Positions 38,492 through 53,617 of a stretch of DNA of 64,000 nucleotides are shown here, piece after piece; the stretch's first letter is position 1; each line of letters begins with the position of its first letter. Source of the DNA: Eledone cirrhosa (Eukaryota); assembly GCA_964016885.1 (NCBI GenBank), contig OZ024750.1:14260001-14324000 (forward strand). Reading direction: 5' to 3'. Made by a program: the position numbers and the translations under genes. The notes beneath the pieces were generated by a model that was not told where the DNA came from, did no database searches, and was given only the letters and a program-made list of their open reading frames with translations.

Positions 38492-39942
38492 ATTATTCAT
38501 AGACAAAGAATTGCCATCTCAGGGGTAATAAACTCCCAGGAGAGCTGAACAGCAGGTCTTTAGAGAAGAAACCCCTCTCAAGCAAGTATTTTGACCCTCA
38601 ACTTCTTACACTGTAAGGGGGATAGGTTACATCCAGGTCATGACTCCTGAGTGCCCTTCTACTGACATTTAGCCATTTGGATATAAGCAACTTGTGTATT
38701 TTAACTGTATGGAGATTTTATTGACAAGGTCTAGCTGGAACTCCTCTCCACTACCTCTGCTTTCAAACATATATATTCTTGTTTGCTTTACCTTAGGTAA
38801 TAATTTTTTTGACAGTCTGTATTTGTGTCTTTCTCCAAAATCAATTAATTGTGGAAACCTTGGATATGATGCTATATGATTAAACTGTCATTGTTGAACA
38901 AATTTTCTGTATACTACATTTGAGTACTGTGATTCATTGTCACATCACTTTTGTGGGAATACCATATTTAGAGACTATCTGTATTGTAGATATGATATTA
39001 CTTGTGCATGGTCCTATCACCTTTTACAGGATAGGATATTTCCTGTTACTAATCAGCAATTATCAAATATTCATCTTTTTCTTCTCTTCTTCTTCCCCAA
39101 CTTAATCCTGAGAGGGTCAAGGGGGAAGAGCCCTGAAACACTCCTTCCAGCGGGGTCCTGTCAGAAGCACCTATCTCTGTTTTTTTTGCTGATATGACGA
39201 GATTACTTGTGCAATATCCTATCACCTTGAACATGATACAATATTTCCTGTAGTAATCAGCAATTATTAAATATTCATGGTTATTAAAATCAATTTCATT
39301 AGTGCTTCCCATGTGGTTGTAAGGTTTCTTTGGTGTTGTGCAGGAAGGTTTCCTCACATATGGAACATTTCTTCATGTTTCGATGTCTATACTGATTCTT
39401 ATCCCCCAAAAGCCAGCATCTTCAGCTCAAAGCCGTGTTTTTTCAATGTCTTGATGACTATAGTGGAGTTAATCTAATATAAGCTTCTGCGGTGTGATTG
39501 GAGTCAAGATTCTTGAACTTTTGGTTAACAATAGTATCAGTTTGAAAGAATCATCTCTCTAAGCACTGTAATCTCCCTCTACTGAAACTTCTTCAGCTAA
39601 CAACCATCCTCCATATACATCACATGTCTGTACCAGTGCAGCCTTCTCTCCTGCACACTACATCTGATTACTCTTATACTCAGTTACATATTATATATTA
39701 TTACCTTATTCTGTTGAACATTGTAAGGAATATGTTAGTACTTTAACACTTGAAACAAATACAAAATTGCTTACCTTGGGTGGTTCTCAGAAGTCATATC
39801 TCTTATCTAGTTGTGTAACCCAAGAACCATGCTCACCTAAATTCTGTCTAGAAATTAGAGTTTCACATGAGACCCTTGAAAACACAACCTGTTGCTTTGA
39901 AATTGTCACAAGAGAGGACATGTCATTTGATCCCTTCTGCTA

Positions 39943-42900
39943 ACATGATGTCACCGCACCATCTCTTCTAGTGTGTCACATCCCCAGTGTAGGGCTTACA
40001 ACCCCAGTGTGGCACATATTACACATGATGTCACTGCACCATCTCTTCCAGTGTGTCACATCCCCAGTGTAGGACTTACAACCCCAGTGTGGCACATATT
40101 ACACATGATGTCACCGCACCATCTCTTCTAGTGTGTCACATCCCCAGTGTAGGGCTTACAACCCCAGTGTGGCACATATTACACATGATGTCACTGCACC
40201 ATCTCTTCCAGTGTGTCACATCCCCACAGTGTAGGGCTTACAACCCCAGTGTGGCACATATTACACATGATGTCACTGCACCATCTCTTCTAGTGTGTCA
40301 CATCCCCAGTGTAGGGCTTACAACCCCAGTGTGGCACATATTACACATGATGTCACTGCACCATCTCTTCCAGTGTGTCACATCCCCAGTGTAGGACTTA
40401 CAACCCCAGTGTGGCACATATTACACATGATGTCACCGCACCATCTCTTCCAGTGTGTCACATCACCACAGTGTAGGGCTTACAACCCCAGTGTGGCACA
40501 TATTACACATGATGTCACTGCACCATCTCTTCTAGTGTGTCACATCCCCAGTGTAGGGCTTACAACCCCAGTGTGGCACATATTACACATGATGTCACTG
40601 CACCATCTCTTCTAGTGTGTCACATCCCCAGTGTAGGGCTTACAACCCCAGTGTGGCACATATTACACATGATGTCACTGCACCATCTCTTCTAGTGTGT
40701 CACATCCCCAGTGTAGGGCTCACAACCCCAGTGTGGCACATATTACACATGATGTCACTGCACCATCTCTTCTAGTGTGTCACATCCCCAGTGTAGGGCT
40801 CACAACCCCAGTGTGGCACATATTACACATGATGTCACTGCACCATCTCTTCTAGTGTGTCACATCCCCAGTGTAGGGCTTACAACCCCAGTGTGGCACA
40901 TATTACACATGATGTCACTGCACCATCTCTTCTAGTGTGTCACATCCCCAGTGTAGGGCTCACAACCCCAGTGTGGCACATATTACACATGATGTCACTG
41001 CACCATCTCTTCTAGTGTGTCACATCCCCACAGTGTAGGGCTTACAACACCAGTGTGGCACATATTACACATGATGTCACTGCACCATCTCTTCTAGTGT
41101 GTCACATCCCCCCAGTGTAGGGCTCACAACCCCAGTGTGGCACATATTACACATGATGTCACTGCACCATCTCTTCTAGTGTGTCACATCCCCAGTGTAG
41201 GACTTACAACCCCAGTGTGGCACATATTACACATGATGTCACTGCACCATCTCTTCTAGTGTGTCACATCCCCAGTGTAGGACTTACAACCCCAGTGTGG
41301 CACATATTACACATGATGTCACTGCACCATCTCTTCTAGTGTGTCACATCCCCAGTGTAGGGCTTACAACCCCAGTGTGGCACATATTACACATGATGTC
41401 ACTGCACCATCTCTTCTAGTGTGTCACATCCCCAGTGTAGGGCTTACAACCCCAGTGTGGCACATATTACACATGATGTCACTGCACCATCTCTTCCAGT
41501 GTGTCACATCCCCAGTGTAGGGCTTACAACCCCAGTGTGGCACATATTACACATGATGTCACTGCACCATCTCTTCTAGTGTGTCACATCCCCAGTGTAG
41601 GGCTCACAACCCCAGTGTGGCACATATTACACATGATGTCACTGCACCATCTCTTCTAGTGTGTCACATCCCCAGTGTAGGGCTTACAACCCCAGTGTGG
41701 CACATATTACACATGATGTCACTGCACCATCTCTTCTAGTGTGTCACATCCCCAGTGTAGGGCTTACAACCCCAGTGTGGCACATATTACACATGATGTC
41801 ACTGCACCATCTCTTCCAGTGTGTCACATCCCCAGTGTAGGGCTTACAACCCCAGTGTGGCACATATTACACATGATGTCACTGCACCATCTCTTCTAGT
41901 GTGTCACATCCCCAGTGTAGGGCTTACAACCCCAGTGTGGCACATATTACACATGATGTCACTGCACCATCTCTTCCAGTGTGTCACATCCCCACAGTGT
42001 AGGGCTCACAACCCCAGTGTGGCACATATTACACATGATGTCACTGCACCATCTCTTCCAGTGTGTCACATCCCCACAGTGTAGGGCTCACAACCCCAGT
42101 GTGGCACATATTACACATGATGTCACTGCACCATCTCTTCTAGTGTGTCACATCCCCAGTGTAGGGCTCACAACCCCAGTGTGGCACATATTACACATGA
42201 TGTCACTGCACCATCTCTTCCAGTGTGTCACATCCTCACAGTGTAGGGCTCACAACCCCAGTGTGGCACATATTACACATGATGTCACTGCACCATCTCT
42301 TCCAGTGTGTCACATTATCACAGTGTAGGGCTCACAACCCCAGTGTGGCACATATTACACATGATGTCACTGCACCATCTCTTCTAGTGTGTCACATCCC
42401 CAGTGTAGGGCTCACAACCCCAGTGTGGCACATATTACACATGATGTCACTGCACCATCTCTTCCAGTGTGTCACATCCCCACAGTGTAGGGCTCACAAC
42501 CCCAGTGTGGCACATATTACACATGATGTCACTGCACCATCTCTTCTAGTGTGTCACATCCCCAGTGTAGGGCTTACAACCCCAGTGTGGCACATATTAC
42601 ACATGATGTCACTGCACCATCTCTTCTAGTGTGTCACATCCCCAGTGTAGGGCTTACAACCCCAGTGTGGCACATATTACACATGATGTCACTGCACCAT
42701 CTCTTCTAGTGTGTCACATCCCCACAGTGTAGGGATCACAACCCCAGTGTGGCACATATTACACATCCCTTCCAGCGTATCACTCACATTCTCCCAGTGC
42801 CACTCACAACCCCCCGGTGTGCGACTCACAACTCCAGTGTGGCACATATTACACATGATGTCACTGTCACATACCTTCCAGTGTGCCACAACCCCCCGGT

Positions 42901-43242
42901 GTGTGACTCACAACCCCAGTGTGGCACATATTACACATGATGTCACTGTCACATACCTTCCAGTGTGCCACAACCCCCCGGTGTGTGACTCACAACCCCA
43001 GTGTGGCACATATTACACATGTCACTGTCACATACCTTCCAGTGTGCCACAACCCCCCGGTGTGTGACTCACAACTCCAGTGTGGCACATATTACACATG
43101 ATGTCACTGTCACATACCTTCCAGTGTGCCACAACCCCCCGGTGTGCGACTCACAACTCCAGTGTGACACATATTACACATGATGTCACTGTCACATACC
43201 TTCCAGTGTGTCACAACCCCCCGGTGTGCGACTCACAACCCC
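39943..43242. repeat. 80/82-bp minisatellite (~35 copies, 39943-42765) followed by a diverged ~82-bp sub-array (42790-43242)
   Basis: Unit acatgatgtcactgcaccatctcttctagtgtgtcacatccccagtgtagggcttacaaccccagtgtggcacatattac. Confidence 0.95.
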
Positions 43243-45183
43243 ACAATATGACACATGCTACTACTCCACCAGTAAACATCATTATGTGGTACAAGTTGTT
43301 CACTTACAACCCTCACTGCTGAAAATTGGGAACCATGGATAATTGCACCAATGCCCATCTATACGAGTCTCATCAGGAAAACAAATGTACAACCAGACTC
43401 AGAAGCTCCCGCGTCTTGTGATGCATGAGGCAATCATAGTGTTCCACCGCGTTCGGTCAGCTGCCAGTTGCACAGCGTCCCGCCATTGTCTGTTTGTCGC
43501 TCGCAGGTCCCTCTCAACTGTCTGGCGGCAGTTCATTTTGGGTCGCCCTCTCCGTCTGCTTCCCTATGGGTTCCATTTAAGTACTTGGTTCGCCAGTCTC
43601 TCCGGGGGGAAGTCTCAAAGCATGCCCAAACCAGCCCAGGCGTCGCTTGCAGATGGAAGTTCACCCTCAAAACAAAGATGAGATTCTACAACAGCAACGT
43701 GCTGTCCATACTCTTGTACGGAAATGTACATTGGTGCTTCTAAATCTTTGTATGACCATTACTTGGAAGCTGGCTACCAAGCCAGAATTTATCTACCTTC
43801 ATACAAAGATGAAACAGATAGCCATTTAATGGTTGTCTCTAAGATGATTAAAGAATCCCATTTATTCTGATTTAAAAAGCAGACTGCCAATCAGGGCTAA
43901 TGAGCTCTGTCTACCTTTTTTTTTAAAACACTATTGGATGGCTGTTGACTCTCCTGAGTTCCTCCACTCTTCATCCATCAAGATGTTCAAAAATCACCGT
44001 CTTCACCAAGCAAGCTTGGTGGGGTTGCTGGTTTAGTTGCCAATGATCTAGCCATGTGAAAGGTTGTACAGGTCTACATGTTACCAGTAGCACTTGTTGG
44101 GGTTGCTGGTTTAGTTGCCAATGATCTAGCCATGTGAAAGGTTGTACTGGGTTACATGTTACCAGTAGCACTCAAGAGTGACTTGCTACAGTTATATTAC
44201 TATTATTTTATATTCTATGATATATAATTGTTTCTACTTTTGGCACAAGGCCAGCAATTACCCAGTGCATTACTGGTACTTTATTTTATCGACCCCCGTA
44301 AGGATGAAAAGCAAAGTTAAACTCGGCGGGATTTGAACTCAGAATGGCAAGGGCCGTAACTCTATGCGTCAAAGCATGGTGTCCGATCCTCTACCGATAC
44401 TGCCAATCCACATAATGGTAGGTTAACTGTACTACACAGTATATGGTATTAGTATCTATCGGTACTACAGCTTTTTGCCTTTCATCCTTACAGGGTCAAT
44501 AAAATAAAGTACTAGTAATGCACTGGTGTTGATTTAATCTGTTGGCCTTGTGCCTGAATCAGAAACCATTATTTCATAAGAAGTTAGGTAGGAATGGGAA
44601 GATAAGTATTTGGATTTCTTTCTGTAATTTTCTTTATTGTATTTGCTCAAAGAAACAAGTAAAAGGCAAATAAAACTGTAAAAGTAAAAACCAGTTTGCT
44701 GATAGCAGCAATGTTAATTATCACAGTGGATTATTGAGGTGACTGGCCAAGATAGATCGAAGATAGAAAACTGGTTAAAAGGGAAAAATAATGAGGCTTG
44801 GTTTACATTCCATCAAAATGTTTTATGATGTTTGAAGTTGTTATCTGAGATTAAAGATGACTGAAGTGGTTATAAGTAGATAACCTATGAAATGATTCAA
44901 ATGAAGATACAATAAAAAAAAATGATTTATTGAAGAAAGATGGAAGGATGTTTGAGTGAAAAGGGGACTAAGGAAGTGATTAAATCATGCAAATATTCTT
45001 GTGCTTTTGTCAGTTAGTTCAAACTGTTTCATAATCACAGCAAACTTATGTTGAACTGAAATAGCACTCAGTTAACTCTCAAGACACGAACAGAATCAAT
45101 GGAGTGAGACCATTCAACTGAGCAAGTTTATCGAGAAGAAGTTTCATCATATTTGTGATCAACATCCAGAGTATGAGAACAGT

Positions 45184-47357
45184 TCAATGAGAAGTGAAGT
45201 TTCCTTCATGAGGAGATGAGTTGGGATTCTCAGCCTTCCGTAATAATGTAAGGCATCGCCATATTCGATACACTACTCCTTTCCTGCAATAATAATAATA
45301 ATATATAAATATTAGATACGTAAATTAAGAATTTTAATAAAGTTGCTATGAGATATTAACATTAGATTGTAAAGATTTACATGTGTTTGGAAAATAAAAA
45401 TACATTAGAATATTTACTATCAGGCTGGAATGAAAGTTGTGTCTGATATTTTAGCTGAAAATCTTGAACAAGATTTATTAATTGATTAATTAATTAATTG
45501 ATTTATTTATCTATCTCTATGAGGAGGTGTGTGGCCTAGTGGTAAGGGTGTTGGGCTTAGGATCATAATGTCATGGGTTCGATTCCTGGACTGGGTTGAG
45601 TGGGTTCTTAAGAAAAACATCTCATTTCATGTTGCTCTAGTAGACTCAGCTGAAAATGAGTACCAGCAGTAGCTGGGGATTTAACACTGTGGGGAGTTTT
45701 GTACTCTCAGTTGCTTAATGCCATGGAAAACTGGGATAAGCACTGTCCTGTTCAGGATAGAATCTTTACTTTCCTATTTTGCATTAAATTGTAAGAACAT
45801 GGCATCTCTAAGGTAATTGAAAGATGGAATAAAGTTATTGAAAGCAATGGAGAATATATTAATGATTAAATACATCCATGAATATCAATATTTCTTAGGC
45901 AAAATACATATTAAAATTGAAGAGAACTTCTATTCCAGCCTGATATACAAAATACTGATAAAAGTCCCAAAATGGAATTATTTAATGCTATTACTGTCAG
46001 GAGTTGTGACCAGTAGATAATATCAGCAATGGAAAGTTCAATGGAAACATTGTTTCCTTGGTCTGATTTGACGAGTTCCACCCCACTTGGTAAGCAAATA
46101 AGGTCTGGGAGCTTGTCAATCAAACTCTATGCTATACTAACAGCACAAAGTTGATAGGATGTCTATAAGTTTGCAAGAAAGAAGAATCTGAAAAAGCATT
46201 ATGACATTTTAAAATAAACATTTCAAAATTTTGTAGTTTGACTTACTTAATATTTAAGCTATGAAGTTCTTCAAGCGTAACCATCTCCACAAAATCATCA
46301 TAAGAATATTCTTCATAAGTAATCTATACAAGAAAAAAAAATATCTTAATTAAATTATTATAAATACTGGTTTCTTATATATAACAAAGCCAACTTTTAT
46401 AAGAGAGTAACTATTATTCGAATTGATCCCTAATTTATAGGTATCCCCATTATTAGTTGTTGGAGAATGATGGAAAAGTTAGCTCCTTCTTCGCCCACTT
46501 ATTCCTGTGAGGGCCATGGAGACAGAGTCCTCAAACACTCCTGTCAGAAGCAACCGTCACCAATTGATCTGGTTGGATCCCCGAGTGAGACCAGCTGAGC
46601 TCATGGATGCTATACAACTATCTTGCTTGGGGTCTACCCTGGGGTCTTCTGCCAGTTGGTTTTGCCTATAAAATCTGTCCAGCTTTTCTTTCCTGAGACA
46701 ATCTAACCACATGCTTGTAATATCAGAGCTGAGATCCCTCAATTCAGAGATGTAACGGCTCTTCCTAGAGCAACTCTCAAATCTCCGAGCTAAAAGTATA
46801 AGACAAGTAAGATTTAAACTTTTGTTTCTACAAAAAGGAAAGCTAATCTATTTAGATGTTTATTAGGTTTGGAAATTTATTAATTACTCTTTAATACTAG
46901 CAAAACAAATGGACATTAATCTCACTAATCACCTTTTTCCATTAAAAAGATTCTTGTTTCATTTTATCAACAACTGAAACCAATCAATTTAACCATATGC
47001 CTTTGAATTTGTTGCTTTTACAACTAAACTAATCAAATAGCACCATATATATATATATAATAGTGGTATTGTTAATCTAACAGTATATGATACCAAAGTA
47101 GAAGTATAATTTTAAACTAGAAATTCACAGATCTACTTACATGTTTAATGGTATCTTCATCAACTTTGCATTGCTGTAGCCATTTGACAAGTTGTGGATC
47201 CACAACAACTAAAAATAAAACGAAAAAAATAATTTGAAACAATTGGTCTAAAGTCTTGTTTTCATATGCGTGTGTATATGGGTGGGTGGAAGAAGGATAT
47301 TGTCTGAAAATGGGTTTAACTTCATAATCATAGAACAATAAATGTAGAAGATGGTTG

Positions 47358-47417
<60 letters not shown>

Positions 47418-50400
47418 CAACCATCTTCTACATATATATATATATATAAAAACTCCAAAAAACTGTAGAAGTTTTTACAGACAAATTAAAAATATGCCTC
47501 AAATATCAGATGGATGTATGAAAATGAAAATCTTATCTGTGATTCAGTGATTTTTTTTACCAGTTTTCTGCATCAAACTACCTCAAAACATACTTTACTG
47601 GTTTTAGGTTAATCTAAAAAGTTATTTTAAAGATTTTTATCTAATGTAAAATGATTTGTAACATATTTTTCAACAGAATAAAAAACATTTTGTGAAAAAG
47701 TTCTGGATGACTGTACTTACTTGATGTAGATAAAGTTTTATTGGCAGAGTTGGCTGAACTGAAAAAGAAGAAGAAAAAATATAAGTATGTATGTGACTTG
47801 GGTTCATTAACTGTATCACATGAAACTGCATTTGCAAGGTATTCTAGAACAGTATAAAACAACACCATGACTGCATTGCATTAAAAATAGAAGTCTTCAC
47901 TCTAATACGGCTTATTTTCACAATAATCTGTAAACATACTATACACATTTGAAAATTGAAATATAAGGATTCACTGATACTTCTTGACTAAATAAAATAG
48001 CTTAATAACGGGGCATATAAACCCACTGAATGGAAAAATCTGGGTATCAGCACATATTTAAGTGAAACCCACACCTTGTTTGCCAGACAAGTATGCATAG
48101 CTCCTAAAAATAACAAAGAACTGGATGGGTTCCTTGGTGTAATGGTAGCATACTTGTCTGGCAAACAAATTACTACAGAATGTTGACTTACATATTTGCT
48201 ATAAATTAACCTTCTGGAGGCTCCAGGCACATTAAGTCGCTGATAGATTAATCTCCCCTTAATACATAATACAGTGTCAAGGGAAGCAATTCATAAAAAT
48301 TTCTAGAGCGTACTAAAGATTAACGAATGCAGAAGGGAAAAGTAAAAAAGACGCACTTGTGTTTTTCTTGCTGCACTTTCCAGTCGATGAAAGTTTGATG
48401 TAAAGAACTTAATGTATCCAACAGTTGCTTTAATAATCTAAAAAGGGAGGAAAAGAAAGAAGCCAGTGAAAACAATGGAACTAAAATACAGTCAAATCTA
48501 ACAGAATCTTCAATAAAAATTACAAAACAAACAAACTTGATATTTGATCAGAAATAGATCTATCTTTAAGAATCCCAAACGCAAATGTAACCTTATTAAC
48601 TAGCATGAGAATATGGAGATGCTCAATCTTACTTTTGTATTTCATCCCTCATCTGTTGTACAGCTTCATTGGAAGTGGAACGGAGAATACAGGAAGTAGA
48701 TTTTGATGAATTTGTCGTAAGACTTTCACCAGGTGTATCAGAACCTAAGTCAGGAGAGATACGCAAAAAAGGTTACAGGGTTTATAATTAGCTTATGTGC
48801 ATGTGCGTGTGTGTGTGTGTGTGTATAGAGAGAGAGAGAGAGAGACTCAGCAACAGATATGAGACGTACCTGGTGTAAGTAAGAGTGATGTAGAGGCAAT
48901 AGCTTCACGCAGAAAATTGTCAAAGGCAAATACCCAGTGAGGTTGTATTTTGTGGCATTTTAGTCTCGTGGTAACCTGCAATAAAGGGAAGAATTTCATC
49001 ATTACCATCACCACCATCACTACCATATATATATGTGTGTGTGTGTGTGTGTACACACACATGGTGATGACAATGATGATGACGATGATTCAGATTAAGA
49101 ACAAAGTACTCACAATTTCCTGCAGAAGGCAAAATGATCGTTGAATATCTGTTAGTGTGGATGGGTCGAGATCTAACTCTTTTCTCAGCTTAGCTGAAAG
49201 TGAAACAAAAAAATCAGAAAGTTAAGTATTGCTTTCTAGCTTTAGCATAAATATTTTCTTAATAAATTATTTGGTGGTGTTCAGTTTGTGAGGAAAATTA
49301 CAGTGAAAATTGAACCCCAAACTTGACAACACTGAACCCTATCTCTATTCGATTTCCAATTCAAAATCACAAAGAAGGTATCTATCATCAACAAATTTGA
49401 CAGAAAAGTGGCCAACAGGGACCTATTTGTGGACTACAATTCAGCCAAACCTATAAGAGCCAAGACGGCTCTAGTAGGTAAGGCTCTTAGATACACAAGG
49501 GCTCTTGTGTATAAGGGCTTTTAGATACACAACAGAACCAGTGAAGCAAGAAGTAAAACCACTAACATGAAACAGTTCAAAAGAGTTCAGGAAGAGATAG
49601 GCTAACCAGCATCTTTCACCAAATACCAGAACGTCAATAGACCAACAAGGAAATATGAGGATGTCAGTCCATTGCAGGGTTAAACCCCCAGCTATCGTTT
49701 GTACTCATTTTCAGCTGAGTGAAATGTGAAATGAAGTGTTTTGCTCAAGAACACAACATACAACCTAGTCCATGAATTGAACATACAAGTTACAGGTCCA
49801 TACATTCATACACTGTTCATTGGGAGTAAATCTAAATATAGTTACCAGTTATTTCCACAATAGGATCGTTAGAAGCTGTACATCGAATATTCTCTTGAAT
49901 TGCACTTAATAACGTCTCCAAATGCATCTACAAAAGATAAACAAAAATTGCCATTTAGATACATAGGTGAATATATAAGAGTTTTTTAGTTGTACAAGAA
50001 AGAAGATTAAGTTTAAATGAGTACTCAATACATATCAATTGTGTGTAATCTGAAGAGAATATCTTTCTTTATTATGGCTTTTAGCTCAAAGCAATTCTGA
50101 TTTCACTAGAGACTTCTATTTTAGAGTGAACTGAGAATGTCTTCATTAAGTTGAAAGCCATAATAATTTATATATATATATATATATATAATCATGTGAT
50201 ATATATATAATCATCATTACACACACACATACATACACGCACACATATATGTGTGTGTGTGTGTGTGTAATGGCACATGGTTTAGTGGATAAGATGTTTG
50301 GCTCATGATTGTAAAGTCATAGGAACAAATTGCTCTCGAAAATGGTATGTTAACTGTTGTGGAACTACTACTACTATATATATATATATATCATAAAACA

Positions 50401-50449
50401 ATGAATGAAATATGTAAAATAACTTGCCTTTGTTATTATCATTGTTAAA

Positions 50450-50494
<45 letters not shown>

Positions 50495-51808
50495 GAGAGA
50501 GAGAGAGAGAGAGATCCTGATCCCAACCCATACTTTTTCAGTATGGTAAGACACACACAAAACTCTCACACACCTACACACAGTTCTAATCTGCTAAATC
50601 AACTCACAAGACATTGGTCAACCCCAAGCTAAATATGTGATTACAAACACATACACATATATATGCAGTCACATATTCAAACTTCTGCACAGGTACACTC
50701 AACCATTACATATTTATTGTTTTGTAACTCACCTGTGTCAATTTTGTATTGGGATTTTCTTCTTTTAAAGTTTCATACCATTTTTCTAGGATCTGAAAAT
50801 GCAGTAAGGATGATAAAACATTTCTTTAGTGAAGTGCAAGAGACAATTTGCCAGCATACCCCTGTCCACCTTCTACCATCTTAATCTTGAAGACGTAGGG
50901 AAGTGTAACAATATCTAAGTCACAGCTTGTTGATATACTCCTTATTTCTCTGCCTTAACCCTTTAGCATTTACATTACTCTGTATATATACTATTGGATT
51001 TTTATGGTAAACACTTTACCTTACATAATATCGAATCTATGAGATTTTGATATTATTTATTTTGAGAACAATACCTTAAAGTCAGTTTGAGGGGCAAGTA
51101 CACAGCTGATTTGAACAGAAAAAGGCGAGATAATTCTGGTCGGATATGGCCAGTTTAAATGCTAAAGGGTTAATTCCTTCCTCATTATTTCTAATTTAGA
51201 GATTTAGAGATATAATAGTATATTAAATACAAATGATACATATTAGGTTGTCAAGTATGAAATTGTAGAAATTTGTAGAAAAAAAAAAATTTCTACATAT
51301 TTCATACTTGACAAACCTATATATATACATATAATAAAATAAAAAAAATATAATATTTATTTAAACATAGTATATATTATCTTATTTATTATATGTAAAT
51401 TAACGATTTTATTTATTATATATTATTTACAATTTGTGTGTAGGCAGGTCTCTCTAGAAATAAGGGTGGTGGGCTGAGGGTATTATGTGGCCATGAGAGG
51501 GGGGGGGAACCTCTGATGTAAAGAGACGTAACTATGCCTAAAAACATGTTGTCTGACGCTCTACCCAGTACTGTCAATCCAGTAAGAGTGACAAAAATGA
51601 TATGTACTATACCTCTATATGGTCTGTATCAAGTATAGTCAACAGCTTTTCTCGCTGTTCTGAATCTTTGCGTAGGAGATAGAATTTATTAGTGCAACTG
51701 TTGGTAGCATTGTTCGGAGATGATGGATATGGTGAAGTGACAGAATCCTCCCTCATTGGGTCTGATGTTGTAGAGGTAGAAGTAGAGGTAGACCGATGAA
51801 GTTGAACA
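45184..51808 (-). CDS. ASK-family MAP3K (MAP3K5/MAP3K15-like), C-terminal 11 exons: 51613-51808, 50733-50792, 49846-49927, 49114-49193, 48870-48975, 48633-48744, 48357-48437, 47721-47758, 47141-47208, 46247-46323, 45184-45283; kinase exons not found in the window, presumably upstream of 64000
   Basis: Motifs FYLLRKDSEQREKLLTILDTD, KLRKELDLD, KIQPHWVFAFDNFLREA, and SAM domain DPQLVKWLQQCKVDEDTIKH-ITYEEYSYDDFVEMVTLEELHSLNIK-KGVVYRIWRCL align with the ASK1 C-terminus. The 1000 nt of exons splice in frame. Confidence 0.88.
50959..51169. mobile_element. piggyBac-type MITE, copy 3
   Basis: Same TIRs, TTAA flanks and conserved interior. Confidence 0.85.
51243..51319. mobile_element. Very short Tc1/mariner-type foldback MITE
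   Basis: taggttgtcaagtatgaaat ... atttcatacttgacaaaccta, flanked by TA. Confidence 0.55.
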
Positions 51809-53079
51809 CTAAAAAGTATAAAATAAAATAGGAATTTAGTTGGAAAAATTACTTTTCACTTGTCCATACAATGACATTATTAGAGATTCAATATTACAGA
51901 TTTCACGTGTATGCAATATTATTAGAGAGTTCATCTAAATTGTATTTTCATTATTATTATTTTATTATTATTATTATTTTATTATTATTATTATTATATT
52001 ATTATTATTATATTATTATTATTATTATTTTTATTATTAAAATGTTCGACTTTGTTTATTTACTTAAAAGCAAAAATAACAACAAAACTTTCTGTCAGTT
52101 AATCAATTCTATTATAAATTAATTATAAACCATATTCTATAAATATTTATTAAAATGTAATTCTTACAACACAAACAATAAAATAATCGATATATTTTAA
52201 CAAGAAATGAAATTAGTATTGATAGCTAGAAGAAACTGCATTCATTAATTATTATCACTTACAATAAATACATTTTTGTCTGAGAATAAAATGTTTTTTT
52301 GTTTTTTTTTTTTGTTAGAAGAGATGTGGGTTATTATCATTTTTATTAACATCATTATTATAGTCAAGCCTTTGCAAAGAGCAGTAGCATGTTATGTGAA
52401 ATATAATTATTCCAACTGTTAATTGAAACTGGGCTGTGGACACAGTTTAATTGAAAAAAAAAACTACACTTAAATTTTGATACTAGACACACCAACCATT
52501 GTAATACTTATAATTATCATAGACTTTGATCAGCAAGATCCCAGGCCTCATTCGCTTACCGAGTGGGGTGGAACACATCAAATCAGACTAAGAAAACAAT
52601 GTTTCCACTGGTCTTTCCATTGCTGATACTATCTAACAGTCACAACTCATTATTATCAGTAACATTTAAAAACAAAATCTCAATCAAATAATACAAAGTC
52701 CAAGAGACAATTAAACATTTCCTTTTAAAAAAGGAACAAAATTAAACTTCTGAGCTGTACTCTACCCTATAATAGTGTCATTTAGATCAAAATATGCTTC
52801 ATGTTTGAAAAAGGATCTATCAAAAAATGTTTGATATCAATTTTGTATCTTAAATATAAACATTTCTATAGAATCTATTGCTAAGTGTAGACAACTTATA
52901 AACCAAAATTTATAGCAGAAACTTTTCAGTTGTTCTGCACAGTATACAAAGCTAGACTTTCAGCCACTGAGGTTCTAAGCTAAATAAAATTTGAGGCCCT
53001 TCTCTAAAAAAATTTGGGTAAAAAATTTAAAATAATTATACACTATTATTTATTAATGATTACAAAATTAAATAATATA

Positions 53080-53174
53080 CAGGGTGTCCCAAAAAATGTA
53101 TACACATTTGATCACCTGTACAGGCAATATCTATTAGAATGTTGTATATATTTTTTTTGGGGGGACAGACCCTG
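53080..53174. mobile_element. Short Tc1/mariner-type MITE
   Basis: TA-CAGGGTGTCCC ... GGGACAGACCCTG-TA. Confidence 0.6.
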
Positions 53175-53617
53175 TATATATATAAATTTTGATAATTTAG
53201 AGTTAAAGAATAAAAAATAATGATAAAATATAAATATATTTTTTTTAAAAAGAGGCCCCCACCCCCGTGAGTGTATGGCCCTAAACTATAGCTTATCTAA
53301 CTTATAGGTAAGTCCAGCACTGACAGTATTGCTAAGTTTTGCCTTCAATAAACAATGAAAACTATTGAAATACATCAGGCAAACTATCTATTGTATATTT
53401 TCGATCATATGAAATAGAAACATACAGGCATATAGAAACACAGACCCACATGCGTGCACACACATATACATCAGACCCACATGCGTGCACACATATACAC
53501 ATCAGACCCACATGCTTGCAAACACATACAAATACATTAGGGACCAGCATGAGAGTGCAGTTAACAAGATGTGTTCAAACAGCATCATTTTAACAAGCAA
53601 TATATTAGATGCATTGC

